IMG/VR virus record: IMGVR_UViG_3300045996_000964
Coordinates: 1 to 44,288 of that record
DNA: 44,288 nt
DNA from: a virus
Direction: 5' to 3' (one strand)
Made by a program: the position numbers and the translations under genes. Below, piece by piece: positions 1 to 9,373 of this stretch (position 1 is the stretch's first letter; every line of letters starts with the position of its first letter). The notes under the pieces are model-generated. The model was given only the letters and a program-made list of their open reading frames with translations, was not told the origin of the DNA and searched no databases.

Positions 1-124
1 TGGCTCCGGTGGTGCGGCTTCGAGTTCGGCTCCCCCCTGCCCATCAACGGGCACCAGTTCATCCCCTTCGCGAGGCAACACCATGTGCGGACCAGCCGCG
101 ATCCCTCTTGCGACCCTGGCTGTC
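1..124. repeat. Terminal overlap: bases 1-124 are identical to 44165-44288 (circular closure or collapsed terminal redundancy)
   Basis: Direct comparison of the first and last lines of the window shows a 124-nt exact match running to the last base. Confidence 0.95.
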
Positions 125-186
125 ACCACGGTGGCGGCCGGCGCCCAGTACATGGGTCAGCGCCAGGCGGCGCAGGACCAGGCTGA
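1..186 (+). CDS. 3' end of the gp13-like ORF that starts at 43799, read across the circular junction
   Basis: The frame of the 43799 ORF is still open at 44288. Continuing in the duplicated copy, the first in-frame stop is TGA 184-186. Confidence 0.4.
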   Translation, partial: WLRWCGFEFGSPLPINGHQFIPFARQHHVRTSRDPSCDPGCHHGGGRRPVHGSAPGGAGPG

Positions 187-712
187 CTACCAGGCCCAGC
201 AGGTCAAAGAGCGCGACCGGCAGATCCAGGAGAACTACAAGCGCGCCATGGCCTCCTACAACCTCCAGAACGTCGCCGAAGGCGCGCGCATGGAGGAAGT
301 CCGGGCGGCAGCCAGCCAGCAGGCCTTCAACGTCGCCAAGCAGGCGGCCCAGGCCAAGGCAACCGTCGTCACCCGTGCGGCCCATAACGGCGCTGGGGGC
401 AACTCTCTGCTCCAGGTGATCGCCGACCTCATGGGCCAGGCCGGCATCGAGACCAACACCATCCTTGGCAATCTCAAGTCCGAGGAAGGCCAGTCCCGCC
501 GGAACCTCGGCGCCTTCCACGAGGAGCTGAAGAACCGGGTCTCCTCGATCCAGCCCTACACCGCATCGGTGGTCCGTGGCCCCTCCGCCTTTGGGCCGGC
601 ACTGACGATCGGCGGCGCGGCGCTGGGTGCCTACTCCGACTACCGCCGCGACCAGCAGATCAACAAGCTCGTGGCCGACCGTACCGACACCTCCAAGCTG
701 ACCACCTCGTAA
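83..712 (+). CDS. internal virion (core) protein B, T7 gp14-like
   Basis: ATG at 83, 209 aa. It has a hydrophobic N-terminus (MCGPAAIPLATLAVTTVAAGA) followed by a Q/A-rich helical region. It sits between the gp13-like ORF and the gp15/gp16-like giants, as in T7. Confidence 0.55.
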   Translation: MCGPAAIPLATLAVTTVAAGAQYMGQRQAAQDQADYQAQQVKERDRQIQENYKRAMASYNLQNVAEGARMEEVRAAASQQAFNVAKQAAQAKATVVTRAAHNGAGGNSLLQVIADLMGQAGIETNTILGNLKSEEGQSRRNLGAFHEELKNRVSSIQPYTASVVRGPSAFGPALTIGGAALGAYSDYRRDQQINKLVADRTDTSKLTTS

Positions 713-725
713 CAGGAGAAACCCC

Positions 726-2807
726 ATGGCCGAGCAGCGCTCAGCCGCCCGCGTGTTGGATACCTACGCCGCACCGGGAGCCCGGACCTTCGGGCCGACG
801 ATCGGTGGCAACGCCTGGCAGGACCTCGCGGCTGGCCTCGCCGACTTCAACCCGGCTCTCAACCGGTTCCTCAAGCAAGAGCACGACATCAAGGCCTCCG
901 AGGACGAGGCCGCCGGTGCCCAGCTCCAGCAGGAGCAGCGGGTCACCCTCAAGGAGGCCGTCCGCAAGGGCGTGATCCCCGAGGGCGCCAACCCCTACCT
1001 GAAGCTCGGCTACCTCAAGTCCGAGCTGCGCCAGAAGGGCAACGAGTTCCAGACCTTCCTGCTCCAGCAGTGGCAGGAGGATGGAGCCATCCAGGATGCC
1101 GAGGCGGATGCCATCCCGGACTGGGCCGGCAAGAAGACCGCCGACTGGATGAAGACCAACCTCGCCGGCTACGCCCCCGAGCTGGTCCAGCAGGTCTTCG
1201 ACCCGGCAGCCCAGTCCGGCCAGAACCGCCTGATGCAGTACCACATCGGGGAGAGCTTCAAGCGCACCAGCGAGAAGGCCCGCTCCGCTCTGGAGCAGGA
1301 GGTGTCCAGCCTCTTCCCGGTGATCGAGCTGGGCAACCCCATCGAGCTGGCCTCGGCGCTCGCCGCGCAGGGTCACGACCTGGGCAACTTCCAGGACGAG
1401 GCCGAGCTGCGCCGCGGCTACCTGGTCCACTCGATCCAGACCCTGGTCGACGATGCGGTCGCCAACGGCATGTCCGGCTCTGACGCCAACCTGATCGCGG
1501 CCGAGGCGGTCGCCGTCCAGGCCCGCGCCATGCGGGACCTCTCGGTCCTGAACGTGCTCGACGACGTGCGGACCAACAGTGGCCCCCTCTCGGGGATCAC
1601 CAAGGTTCGGCAGCTGCGCGAGGCGGCCGAGGACAACATCGCCTCGCTCAACCAGAGGGACGCCCACTTCGCGGTGTTCATGCGCGAGCAGCAGCAGAAG
1701 CAGCAGGTGGACAACCTGATGCGTGGGGCTTGGAGCAGCCTGGTCCAGGACCACACCGCCGACATCGACGAGGCCCTCATGGCTCTCAGCCAGGTGGACC
1801 CCGGTGCAGCCAGCTCCCTGCTGGCGGCGCAGTCTTCGATGATCCAAGCCCGCACCCGCGTGATCACCGATCACAGGACCGCGGCGACCATGCGTGCGAT
1901 GGTCCACGAGGGCAGCGCCAGCATGCGGGACATCGTCTCGCTGGTCGGCGTGGCCTACGACAGCGACTTCGCGTCCTCGCTCATGGACGACCTCGACCGG
2001 GCTCAGCGGTACTCCGCGGACCTGGCCGACGAGGAGATCCAGGGCATGTCCCGCGACCTTGAGCGGCTCGTGTCCGGCGGCGACCCGATCGCTGGTGGGC
2101 TCGACCCAGCGCTCGCTGAGCTTGGCGTGCAGGCGAAGAACCGCTTCAACTCCGACCTCCTCGACTGGGTCGACGGCTTCGAGCAGAAGGAAGGTCGCAA
2201 GCCCCGGCGCGCGGAGATCCGTGCCGCGGCCGAGGACCTCCAGGCCGGCCTCCTCAAGAACCCCCGCTATAACCAGCAGCGGATCGGGGACGGCGCCACC
2301 TACGAGACCCCGACCGAAGCCAAGGGCGACGTCGCGACCCCCGTTGAGCAGTACCTCCCGCCCGCCATGGCGCTCGAACGTGAGCCGGCCAAGGTGGACT
2401 GGCAGAACCGCCCAATGTGGACCGATGCCGACGCCTTCATGAACTCGGTGCAGCGCTTCGAGACCACCGGCACCGGCCTCCTGAAGAACCTGGTCGACCA
2501 CCTCTCGGTCAGCCCCGACGACCTCATCGCTACCCAGGCCCGCCTCCTTGGCCTGGAGCTGGTCGCCGAGGAGCCCGTGGTGGAGCCGGAGCCAGCCCCT
2601 GCGCCTACGCCAGAGCCTGCCCCCGAGCCCGCCCCTGCGGCAGAGCCCGAGGACGAGGACATCGGCCTTCTCGACCAACTGACCGACCTCCCTGCCGACA
2701 TCGCCGCGGGGATCAACCGCATCCGTGACAGGCTCATCGCCCTCCGTGCTGCTCGCGAGCAGACCGGCCGCCAGGCGAGCGAGCTGGAAAGCAACCTCAC
2801 ACCGTAA
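726..2807 (+). CDS. internal virion (core) protein C, T7 gp15-like
   Basis: AGGAG lies 7 nt upstream of the ATG. The product is 693 aa and the call rests on position within the gp13-16 block. Confidence 0.6.
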   Translation: MAEQRSAARVLDTYAAPGARTFGPTIGGNAWQDLAAGLADFNPALNRFLKQEHDIKASEDEAAGAQLQQEQRVTLKEAVRKGVIPEGANPYLKLGYLKSELRQKGNEFQTFLLQQWQEDGAIQDAEADAIPDWAGKKTADWMKTNLAGYAPELVQQVFDPAAQSGQNRLMQYHIGESFKRTSEKARSALEQEVSSLFPVIELGNPIELASALAAQGHDLGNFQDEAELRRGYLVHSIQTLVDDAVANGMSGSDANLIAAEAVAVQARAMRDLSVLNVLDDVRTNSGPLSGITKVRQLREAAEDNIASLNQRDAHFAVFMREQQQKQQVDNLMRGAWSSLVQDHTADIDEALMALSQVDPGAASSLLAAQSSMIQARTRVITDHRTAATMRAMVHEGSASMRDIVSLVGVAYDSDFASSLMDDLDRAQRYSADLADEEIQGMSRDLERLVSGGDPIAGGLDPALAELGVQAKNRFNSDLLDWVDGFEQKEGRKPRRAEIRAAAEDLQAGLLKNPRYNQQRIGDGATYETPTEAKGDVATPVEQYLPPAMALEREPAKVDWQNRPMWTDADAFMNSVQRFETTGTGLLKNLVDHLSVSPDDLIATQARLLGLELVAEEPVVEPEPAPAPTPEPAPEPAPAAEPEDEDIGLLDQLTDLPADIAAGINRIRDRLIALRAAREQTGRQASELESNLTP

Positions 2808-2816
2808 GGGAACGTG

Positions 2817-5800
2817 ATGACCACTCCCGTGACCCCTGGCGTTCCCACCGAAGGGTCGGCCTCCGGGCCGGCCCGCCGGTACACCTTCCGTCAGAGCGGC
2901 CAGACCGCACCTGTCACCCCGACGCAGCAGGCCACTGCTCCGGCCGCCACCCAGGCCCAGCCTGAGCAACCTTCCGAGCGCGGCTTCCTCACGGACATCG
3001 CGGTGTCCGTCGTTGGTGGTGCCCGTGACGCCGTCCAGGAGACCATCGACTTCACCCATGAAGCTGGTGCCTGGCTCGAAACCCACATCCCCCTCGGCAC
3101 TCTCGGCGGGGGCAACTACCCCGAAGAGAACCCCCTCGTGCTGCCCGGCGCGAGCGAGAGCGAGACCACGGTCGGTCGCGTCTCCCGCGGCCTCACCCAG
3201 GCGCTCGTCGGGTTCGTCGGGGCCGGCAAGTTCCTCAAGGGCGCTCGCGTCCTCCAGGGCGCCGGCAAGGCGGCTGCCATCGCGCGGCCGTTCGCGGCTG
3301 GTGCGCTCGGCGATGCCGTGGCGCTCGACCCCTACGAGGACCGACTGTCCAACCTGGTCCAGTCCAGCGAAATGCTGGCCAACCCGATCACCGAGTACCT
3401 GGCCTCTGATGAAGAGGACAGCGTCGCCGAGGCCCGCCTCAAGAACGCCTTCGAGGGGATCATCCTGGGTGGCGCGGCCGAGGCCGTCTTCCGGGCTGCC
3501 CGGTTCATGAAGGCCTCCCGCAAGGTGGCCGCAGAGCAAGGCCCCGAGGCCGCTGCCAAGTTCGCTGCCGAGCACCTAGACGAGGTTGACGAGGCGGTCG
3601 AGGCGGCTGCCAAGGAGAGCGGTATCCAGCTCGACCTGTTCGACGCTGCCCCGGCGAAGGCCGCAGGCGGTGCCGACGAGGTGGTCGAAGAGGCGGCCGG
3701 TGAGGTCGCTCGTACCAACATGAAGGCGGCCGGCGCAGGCTCTCGCCCGCGGCGTCCGGCGGTTGTTGACGACGAGGCCGTCCGCGCGTCCATGGGCGCC
3801 GTCAAGGCGGGCCTGGTCGACGAAGAGGCCTTTCTCGAGAATGCTGCCCCGAAGCTGTTCAACTTCGACTACATGGACAGCCCGGACGCCGTGAAGGCGA
3901 CTCTCCAGCACACCGCCCGCGTGATCGAGGAGGACGTGCTGAAGGCGACCAAGGGCGTCCAGAGCTTCGAGAAGATCGCTCAGGACGGCTCGCGGTTCAT
4001 CGCCGACAGCCTCGACCTCGGCCTCGAAGAGACCATGGCCATCTTCGCCCGCAAGGCGGAGGGGATGCCGCAGCTCGCCTCCCGCGTGGTGGCCGGGAAG
4101 CGGATCATGCAGTCCCTCGCTCGGGAGATCGACGACCTGTCCAAGCAGGTGGTCGTTGACCCGAACAACGCGGAGACCGCGGCCAAGTTCGTGCAGCGCA
4201 TCCAGCAGCTGGGCGACCTACAGGTCAACCTGAAGGCCATCCAGACGGGCGCAGCTCGTGCCACCGCGGCCGGGCGCATCCGCACGTTCGACAGCGTCAG
4301 CGGCGCGAAGCTCGACACCGCCGAGATCCTCGACCAGCTCAACGCGGCTGGCGGGACCAAGCGGGCTGCCGAGGTTGCCAGGAAGATGCTGGCCGCCGGT
4401 GGCGACCCCAAGGCCCTGGCGCGTCTCGCCCGAGCCACCCGTTGGGGCCGAGCCCTCGACGTCCACACCGAGTACTGGATCAACTCAATCCTGTCCGGCC
4501 CGAAGACCCACCTGATCAACCTGACCTCGAACGCGGTGCAGACGGCGACGATCCCGGCCGAGAAGATGATCGGGGGCATCGAGTACGGCATCCGCAACGG
4601 GGGCTGGACGATCGCCCGTGAGGCCGGGCGCCACTACGTCGGCATCTTCTCCGCACTCAACGACGCGTGGCGGATGGCCGGCAAGGCGTTCAAGCTGGAG
4701 GAGAACATCCTCGACCCTCGGCACATGGTCTACGACGCGCCGACCAAGGCGATCTCCGCCCGCAGCTTCGGCATGAAGGACAGCACCGCCCTGGCCACCG
4801 GGGTGGACTACCTCGGCAAGGTGCTCCGCATCCCCTCGCGGTTCCTCCTGGCTGAGGACGAGTTCTTCAAGCAGATCAACTACCGTGCCACGCTGTACTC
4901 CAAGGCCTACGTCCGCGGCTCCGACCTGGGGCTCAAGGGCAAGCAGCTGGCGACCTACATCGAGGACCAGGTCGACCGTGCCTTCCTGGAGACCGGGGAG
5001 GGGACCGACGCCTGGGCCAAGCGCCTGGCAGAGGAAGCCACCTTCACCCGAGACCTGGAGCAGGGCTTCGGCAAGACCCTTCAGAAGGCGGTGGCCGCTC
5101 ACCCTGGCCTCCGCATCGTGATGCCGTTCATCCGCACGCCGACCAACATCCTCCGGTCGGTGTGGCAGCGTACCCCCGGCGTCAACCGCCTCCAGCGCCA
5201 GTTCATGGAAGACCTCGCGTCCGGCAACGCCGAGCGTGTGGCCATCGCCAGGGGCCGTCAGGCTCTCGGCGGGATGATGTGGGCGACCGCCACCACGTGG
5301 GCGCTCAGCGGCCGGATCACCGGGGCTGGGCCTGCCGACATCAACGAGCGGCAGCGCCTCATGGAGACCGGCTGGCAGCCCTACTCGCTGAAGCTCGGCG
5401 ACAAGTACATCAACATGGGCCGGCTCGACCCCTTCGCGATGATCTTCGGCCTGGCCGCGGACTTCGTCGAGGTGGGCGGGAACACCAGCGCAGAGGAGCT
5501 GGACGAACTCGCGACCGGCATGGCTGTGGCGCTCGCCCACAACCTGGCCAACAAGAGCTACCTCCAGGGCGTGACGCGGTTCATGAACGCCATGACCCAG
5601 CCGGATCGCTTCATGGAGAAGTGGGTGCAGGGACACGCCGGCTCACTCGTGCCGTTCTCGTCTGGCCTCCAGCAGGTGGCCTCGGCGACCCCGTTCGGGG
5701 ACGAGCACATGCGCGAGATCCGGTCGGTGTTCGACGCCATCCGGGCCAAGATCCCCGGCCTCTCGAAGGACCTCCCTCCGAGGCGCTCGTGGGTCACCGG

Positions 5801-6287
5801 CGAGCCGCTCGCCTACGAAGACCTGGTCATGTACCCCGACCGGATCAGCCCGTTCCCCATCACGGACCAGAGCAAGAGCGTGGTGATCAACGAGATCGCC
5901 CGGCTCCAGCACGGGTTCGCGCCACCGGAGCGGAACATCGGCAACGTCGAGCTGACCCCCAAGCAGTACGACCGCCTGATGGAGCTGCACGGCAAGGTCA
6001 AGGTCGGTCGCTACAACCTCATGGACCGGCTCGAAGCCACCATCACCAAGCCGTCCTACGACATCGAGCGGCAGTCCGTCCCTGACGCGCCCGACGAGTT
6101 CACCAGCCACCGGCTGAGGATCGTCAAGCGGGTCATCGAGAGCTACCGCCAGGCTGCCAAGAACCAGCTCATCAAGGAGGACCGGGAACTCCGGGCCGCC
6201 ATCGAACAGGATCGCCGGTCTGCGGCAGACACCCTCCGGGGCAAGCCGCCTGCCGGTGTCCGTAACCTCCTCAACCTCGCCCAGTAA
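2817..6287 (+). CDS. internal virion (core) protein D, T7 gp16-like
   Basis: It is the largest ORF (about 1156 aa) and directly follows the gp15-like gene. AAGGGA precedes ATG 2817, and GTG 2814 is an alternative start. Confidence 0.6.
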   Translation: MTTPVTPGVPTEGSASGPARRYTFRQSGQTAPVTPTQQATAPAATQAQPEQPSERGFLTDIAVSVVGGARDAVQETIDFTHEAGAWLETHIPLGTLGGGNYPEENPLVLPGASESETTVGRVSRGLTQALVGFVGAGKFLKGARVLQGAGKAAAIARPFAAGALGDAVALDPYEDRLSNLVQSSEMLANPITEYLASDEEDSVAEARLKNAFEGIILGGAAEAVFRAARFMKASRKVAAEQGPEAAAKFAAEHLDEVDEAVEAAAKESGIQLDLFDAAPAKAAGGADEVVEEAAGEVARTNMKAAGAGSRPRRPAVVDDEAVRASMGAVKAGLVDEEAFLENAAPKLFNFDYMDSPDAVKATLQHTARVIEEDVLKATKGVQSFEKIAQDGSRFIADSLDLGLEETMAIFARKAEGMPQLASRVVAGKRIMQSLAREIDDLSKQVVVDPNNAETAAKFVQRIQQLGDLQVNLKAIQTGAARATAAGRIRTFDSVSGAKLDTAEILDQLNAAGGTKRAAEVARKMLAAGGDPKALARLARATRWGRALDVHTEYWINSILSGPKTHLINLTSNAVQTATIPAEKMIGGIEYGIRNGGWTIAREAGRHYVGIFSALNDAWRMAGKAFKLEENILDPRHMVYDAPTKAISARSFGMKDSTALATGVDYLGKVLRIPSRFLLAEDEFFKQINYRATLYSKAYVRGSDLGLKGKQLATYIEDQVDRAFLETGEGTDAWAKRLAEEATFTRDLEQGFGKTLQKAVAAHPGLRIVMPFIRTPTNILRSVWQRTPGVNRLQRQFMEDLASGNAERVAIARGRQALGGMMWATATTWALSGRITGAGPADINERQRLMETGWQPYSLKLGDKYINMGRLDPFAMIFGLAADFVEVGGNTSAEELDELATGMAVALAHNLANKSYLQGVTRFMNAMTQPDRFMEKWVQGHAGSLVPFSSGLQQVASATPFGDEHMREIRSVFDAIRAKIPGLSKDLPPRRSWVTGEPLAYEDLVMYPDRISPFPITDQSKSVVINEIARLQHGFAPPERNIGNVELTPKQYDRLMELHGKVKVGRYNLMDRLEATITKPSYDIERQSVPDAPDEFTSHRLRIVKRVIESYRQAAKNQLIKEDRELRAAIEQDRRSAADTLRGKPPAGVRNLLNLAQ

Positions 6288-6293
6288 CCCTGT

Positions 6294-6317
6294 CCGGGGC
6301 TCCTTCGGGGGCCTCGG
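6294..6317 (+). terminator. 10-bp stem-loop with UUCG tetraloop after the gp16-like gene; no U-tract
   Basis: The sequence is ccggggctcc-ttcg-ggggcctcgg, which pairs with two G-U wobbles. It shares the 16-mer ggggctccttcggggg with the hairpin at 33195. Confidence 0.35.
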
Positions 6318-6339
6318 ATCTCACCCCTGAGACACCACC

Positions 6340-6555
6340 ATGGAAGAACACAACCGCGAAATCCTCCTGGCCATCGGTCGGGTGGAAGGGAAGCTGGACG
6401 GCATCCTCGGCGCGCAGCTCCGACACGAGAGCCGGCTCGACAAGCACGACCACCGCCTCGGCATCCTGGAGCGCTGGCAGGCCAGAGTACTGGGCATGGG
6501 TGCAGCTGCGGGCGCCGGCGCGTCGTTCCTGCTCAAGCTGATCGGAGTTCACTGA
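6340..6555 (+). CDS. small tail-anchored membrane protein (coiled-coil N-terminus, C-terminal TM) in the T7 gene 17.5 position
   Basis: 71 aa, with a C-terminal hydrophobic segment (VLGMGAAAGAGASFLLKLIGV). It lies immediately upstream of the small terminase gene. Confidence 0.5.
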   Translation: MEEHNREILLAIGRVEGKLDGILGAQLRHESRLDKHDHRLGILERWQARVLGMGAAAGAGASFLLKLIGVH

Positions 6556-6557
6556 TC

Positions 6558-6848
6558 ATGAGCAAGCGCGCCAGCCAAGACCTGATGGACAAGCTCCACG
6601 CCGTGCTCGCCGAGGACATGCTGGAGCGCGTCACGAAGGGCGAAGAGGTTCTCGTCGGCAAGGGCGAGGACCAGCGCATCGAGCGCGTGAAGTGCTCGGC
6701 CGCGACGCTCAACGTGGTCAGGCAGTTCCTCAAGGACAACCACATCGAGGGCGTCCCGGTCGCGGACAGCCCTCTGGGCAGACTGGTCGACAGCCTGCCG
6801 GACTACGATCCCGAGGAAGAGACCAACGTCGTTCGCCTCGGCAGATAG
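6558..6848 (+). CDS. terminase small subunit (T7 gp18-like)
   Basis: 96 aa and directly upstream of the large terminase. Size and position match T7 gene 18. Confidence 0.55.
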   Translation: MSKRASQDLMDKLHAVLAEDMLERVTKGEEVLVGKGEDQRIERVKCSAATLNVVRQFLKDNHIEGVPVADSPLGRLVDSLPDYDPEEETNVVRLGR

Positions 6849-6962
6849 CCGCTAGGAGCCCGTAGCAGCCCCCCAGCGAGGGCTCCTCTCCGGGACACCA
6901 CCCCCTTACCGGACGCATCGGCCTCGCCTGGCTACCCCAGGCCGCGGGGCGGAGCTGTGCGT

Positions 6963-6976
6963 CCAACCTATCCACC
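6963..6976 (+). promoter_or_regulatory. motif B copy (ccaacctATCCACc), 18 nt upstream of the large terminase ATG
   Basis: Matches the recurrent cTGAwCwATCCACc family in its AACCTATCCACC subtype, which is also seen at 32587 and 26564. Confidence 0.35.
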
Positions 6977-6992
6977 TCGGCAAGGCTTCCAC

Positions 6993-8705
6993 ATGACCAA
7001 GCCCAAGCTGCCAGCGAAGATCCTCAAGCGCTTCGACAACTTCCTCCGGCTCGTGTGGGCTCACCTGAACCTGCCGGCGCCGGATGCCGTCCAGGTCGAC
7101 ATCGCCCACACCCTCCAGCATGGGCCGGATCGGCTGATCATCGAGGCCTTCCGCGGGGTCGGCAAGAGCTACATCACGGGCGCCTTCTGCCTGTGGCAGC
7201 TGCTCAACGATCCCGATCTCCAGATCCTCATCGTCTCGGCCAGCACCGACAAGGCCCGCGACCAGACCACCTTCATGCTCCGGCTCCTCCGGGAGATGCC
7301 CATCCTCCAGCACCTCGCCCCCACGGGTGACATGCGGGCGTCCATGGAGGGCTTCGACGTCCAGGGTGCCACGGTCAAGCAGAGCCCCTCGGTGCGCTCG
7401 AAGGGCATCACCTCGAACATCACGGGGGGCCGCGCCAACATCATCATCCCGGACGACGTCGAGACCCCGGACAACAGCCAGACGCAGACCATGCGGGAGA
7501 AGATCCGCGAGAAGGTCCGCGAGCTGGACAACATCATCAAGCCGGGGCCGGGCCACCGCGTCATCTACCTGGGCACGCCCCAGCTGGAGGACAGCCTCTA
7601 CGAGATCCTGCCCGAGCGCGGCTACCACACCCGTATCTGGCCAATCCGGTTCCCCACGCCGGCAGAGCAGGCCCGCTACGGGACCAAGCTGGCTCCTGGG
7701 GTGACCGCCGCACTGGAGGGCGACCCGAGCCTGGCAGGCACACCGGTCGAGCCCCGCCGGTTCGGCGACCTGATCATCGTGGAGAAGGAAAGCTCCCAGG
7801 GACGATCGGGCTTCCGCCTCCAGTACATGCTCGACACCAGCCTGGCCGACCAGGAGCGGCACCCGCTGAAGCTCTCCGACCTGGTCATCATGGACCTGAA
7901 CCCCGAGCGCGCCCCCGAGAAGGTGGTGTGGGCTTCGGCTCCAGAACTCGTCTGCCAGGAGCTGCCGAACGTCGGCCTCAAGGGGGACAAGTTCTACCGA
8001 CCCATGGCCCTCGACGGGCTTCGCGACCCAGCCGGCAACGTCATCTGGCAGCCCTACGGCGGCGCCGTGATGGCGATCGACCCCTCCGGCCGCGGTCAGG
8101 ACGAGACCTCCTTCGCCATCTCGAAGATGCTCAACAGCCAGATCTTCATCCCGGAGGTTGGCGGCTTCGTCGGTGGCTACGAGATGGCCACCCTGGAGTG
8201 CCTGGCGCAGACCGCCAAGAAGCATCAGGTCAAGAAGGTCATCTACGAGGGCAACTTCGGCGACGGCATGTGGGGCAAGCTGTTCGCCCCGGTGCTCGGC
8301 CGGATCTACCCCTGCACCCTCGAAGAGGTCAAGGCCACCAACCGGGCATTCAAGGAAGCCAGGATCATCGACATCCTGGAGCCCGTCATGAACAACCACC
8401 GCCTGATCATCGACAGGCGCGTCGTCGAGCGGGACTTCGCATCCACCCAGCACCTCCCGCCCGAGAAGGCCCTCAAGTACCAGCTGTTCTACCAGCTCAC
8501 CCGCATCACCAGAGAGCGGGGCTCCCTGGTCCACGACGACCGCCTCGACGCGCTCGCCTGGGCCGTCTGGTACTGGGTCCAGCACATGAGCGCCGACGCC
8601 GAGCGCAGGCTCCAAGAGAGCCGGGATCGGCACCTTCAGGCCGAGATCGACCGGTTCCTCGAACACGCCCTCGGCTCGAACCTCAACCCGCAAACCTGGA
8701 TGTAA
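6993..8705 (+). CDS. terminase large subunit (T7 gp19-like)
   Basis: Contains a Walker A-like FRGVGKSY and a Walker B-like NIIIPDDVE. Length and C-terminal region are typical of T7-type large terminases. The ORF is open from GTG 6957; ATG 6993 is preferred. Confidence 0.93.
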   Translation: MTKPKLPAKILKRFDNFLRLVWAHLNLPAPDAVQVDIAHTLQHGPDRLIIEAFRGVGKSYITGAFCLWQLLNDPDLQILIVSASTDKARDQTTFMLRLLREMPILQHLAPTGDMRASMEGFDVQGATVKQSPSVRSKGITSNITGGRANIIIPDDVETPDNSQTQTMREKIREKVRELDNIIKPGPGHRVIYLGTPQLEDSLYEILPERGYHTRIWPIRFPTPAEQARYGTKLAPGVTAALEGDPSLAGTPVEPRRFGDLIIVEKESSQGRSGFRLQYMLDTSLADQERHPLKLSDLVIMDLNPERAPEKVVWASAPELVCQELPNVGLKGDKFYRPMALDGLRDPAGNVIWQPYGGAVMAIDPSGRGQDETSFAISKMLNSQIFIPEVGGFVGGYEMATLECLAQTAKKHQVKKVIYEGNFGDGMWGKLFAPVLGRIYPCTLEEVKATNRAFKEARIIDILEPVMNNHRLIIDRRVVERDFASTQHLPPEKALKYQLFYQLTRITRERGSLVHDDRLDALAWAVWYWVQHMSADAERRLQESRDRHLQAEIDRFLEHALGSNLNPQTWM

Positions 8706-8709
8706 TCCA

Positions 8710-8883
8710 ATGAACGTTCTCACCACCCTCACCGTGAAGAAGGGCGCCTCGGCCGCCTCGGTCTCGCTGAAGCTGAAGGCGGACGGCTCCTACGAGTTCG
8801 TGGACGCCGATGGCGTGACCGTGACGACCCACTCGAACGAGGCCATGCGCCGGCTGTTCGTAGCGATCAACGCGCTGGTCTAA
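8710..8883 (+). CDS. hypothetical small protein (57 aa)
   Basis: ATG 8710 to TAA 8881-8883 (MNVLTTLTVKKGASAASVSLKLKADGSYEF...). High GC3. It is the last ORF of the late block. Confidence 0.4.
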   Translation: MNVLTTLTVKKGASAASVSLKLKADGSYEFVDADGVTVTTHSNEAMRRLFVAINALV

Positions 8884-8901
8884 GTGCTCTCAACGGCCTT
8901 G

Positions 8902-8934
8902 GGCTCCTCTCCGACCCCCAATCGGGGAGGGGCC
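8902..8934 (+). terminator. 11-bp stem-loop closing the late gene block; no U-tract
   Basis: ggctcctctcc-(11-nt loop)-ggggaggggcc, with two G-U pairs. Confidence 0.35.
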
Positions 8935-8957
8935 TAAGTGCTTGATCTGCCGTGGGT

Positions 8958-8983
8958 GCGAAATACCTTGCCACTCAACCCCC
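8958..8983 (+). promoter_or_regulatory. motif A copy 1: candidate phage RNA polymerase promoter (gcgaaataccttgccactcaaccccc)
   Basis: A 27-nt stretch (8957-8983) is identical to 33224-33250 and matches 23470-23493 with 2 mismatches. The AATAC..ACTCA layout resembles T7-group promoters. Confidence 0.6.
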
Positions 8984-8984
8984 C

Positions 8985-9106
8985 CCCAGGGTCAGCCCCT
9001 ATAGGTCGTAGCTCCGAGGTGGGTAGGTAGAGGGGTGTCCCCCTGATGTACCCCTCGATGTCAGACCCAGGGTCAGGCCTGAGGGGGTACCTGCGAGGGG
9101 GTACCT
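8985..9106. repeat. cluster of short direct repeats
   Basis: cccagggtcag occurs at 8985-8995 and 9066-9076. gagggggtacct occurs in tandem at 9081-9092 and 9095-9106. Confidence 0.6.
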
Positions 9107-9123
9107 CTCGTAGTAGCGTTAGG

Positions 9124-9232
9124 TTTCCTCCCCGCCTCCTCCTCGGTACGTAGTGTGAGCCTTTCAGCTCCCCACCCTCTACTGATCCCCTCCTCAGTCC
9201 TCCCCCTCCTCCTCGGTCCTTCTTCCTCTGTC
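9124..9232 (+). repeat. polypyrimidine (C/T-rich) tract with an imperfect ~20-nt direct repeat
   Basis: cctccccgcctcctcctcggt (9127-9147) is repeated as cctccccctcctcctcggt (9199-9217). The + strand here is almost free of purine runs. Confidence 0.6.
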
Positions 9233-9373
9233 AGCCAAACAGCATCTTGGAAATTCTCTCAACCGCTTCAGCAGCTGCCTTACCAGTGCTCTGTTCGCCG
9301 AATTTCAGTGCGAGGTATTTTAGAGCACGACCCACGAGTTGCATCAACGCCTCTACACGAACCCTCGGGCTAT

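Noticed and set aside
741-3575. Very long minus-strand ORFs opposite the structural and replication genes (741..3575, 4485..5636, 6906..8732, 20476..23754, 28721..30451, 33797..35590, 41383..42906 and others)
   Set aside because: They are antisense shadows, typical of high-GC coding DNA. Their products are G/R/V/L/D-rich with no motifs, and each lies opposite a + strand gene with clear homology-type motifs and SD sites.
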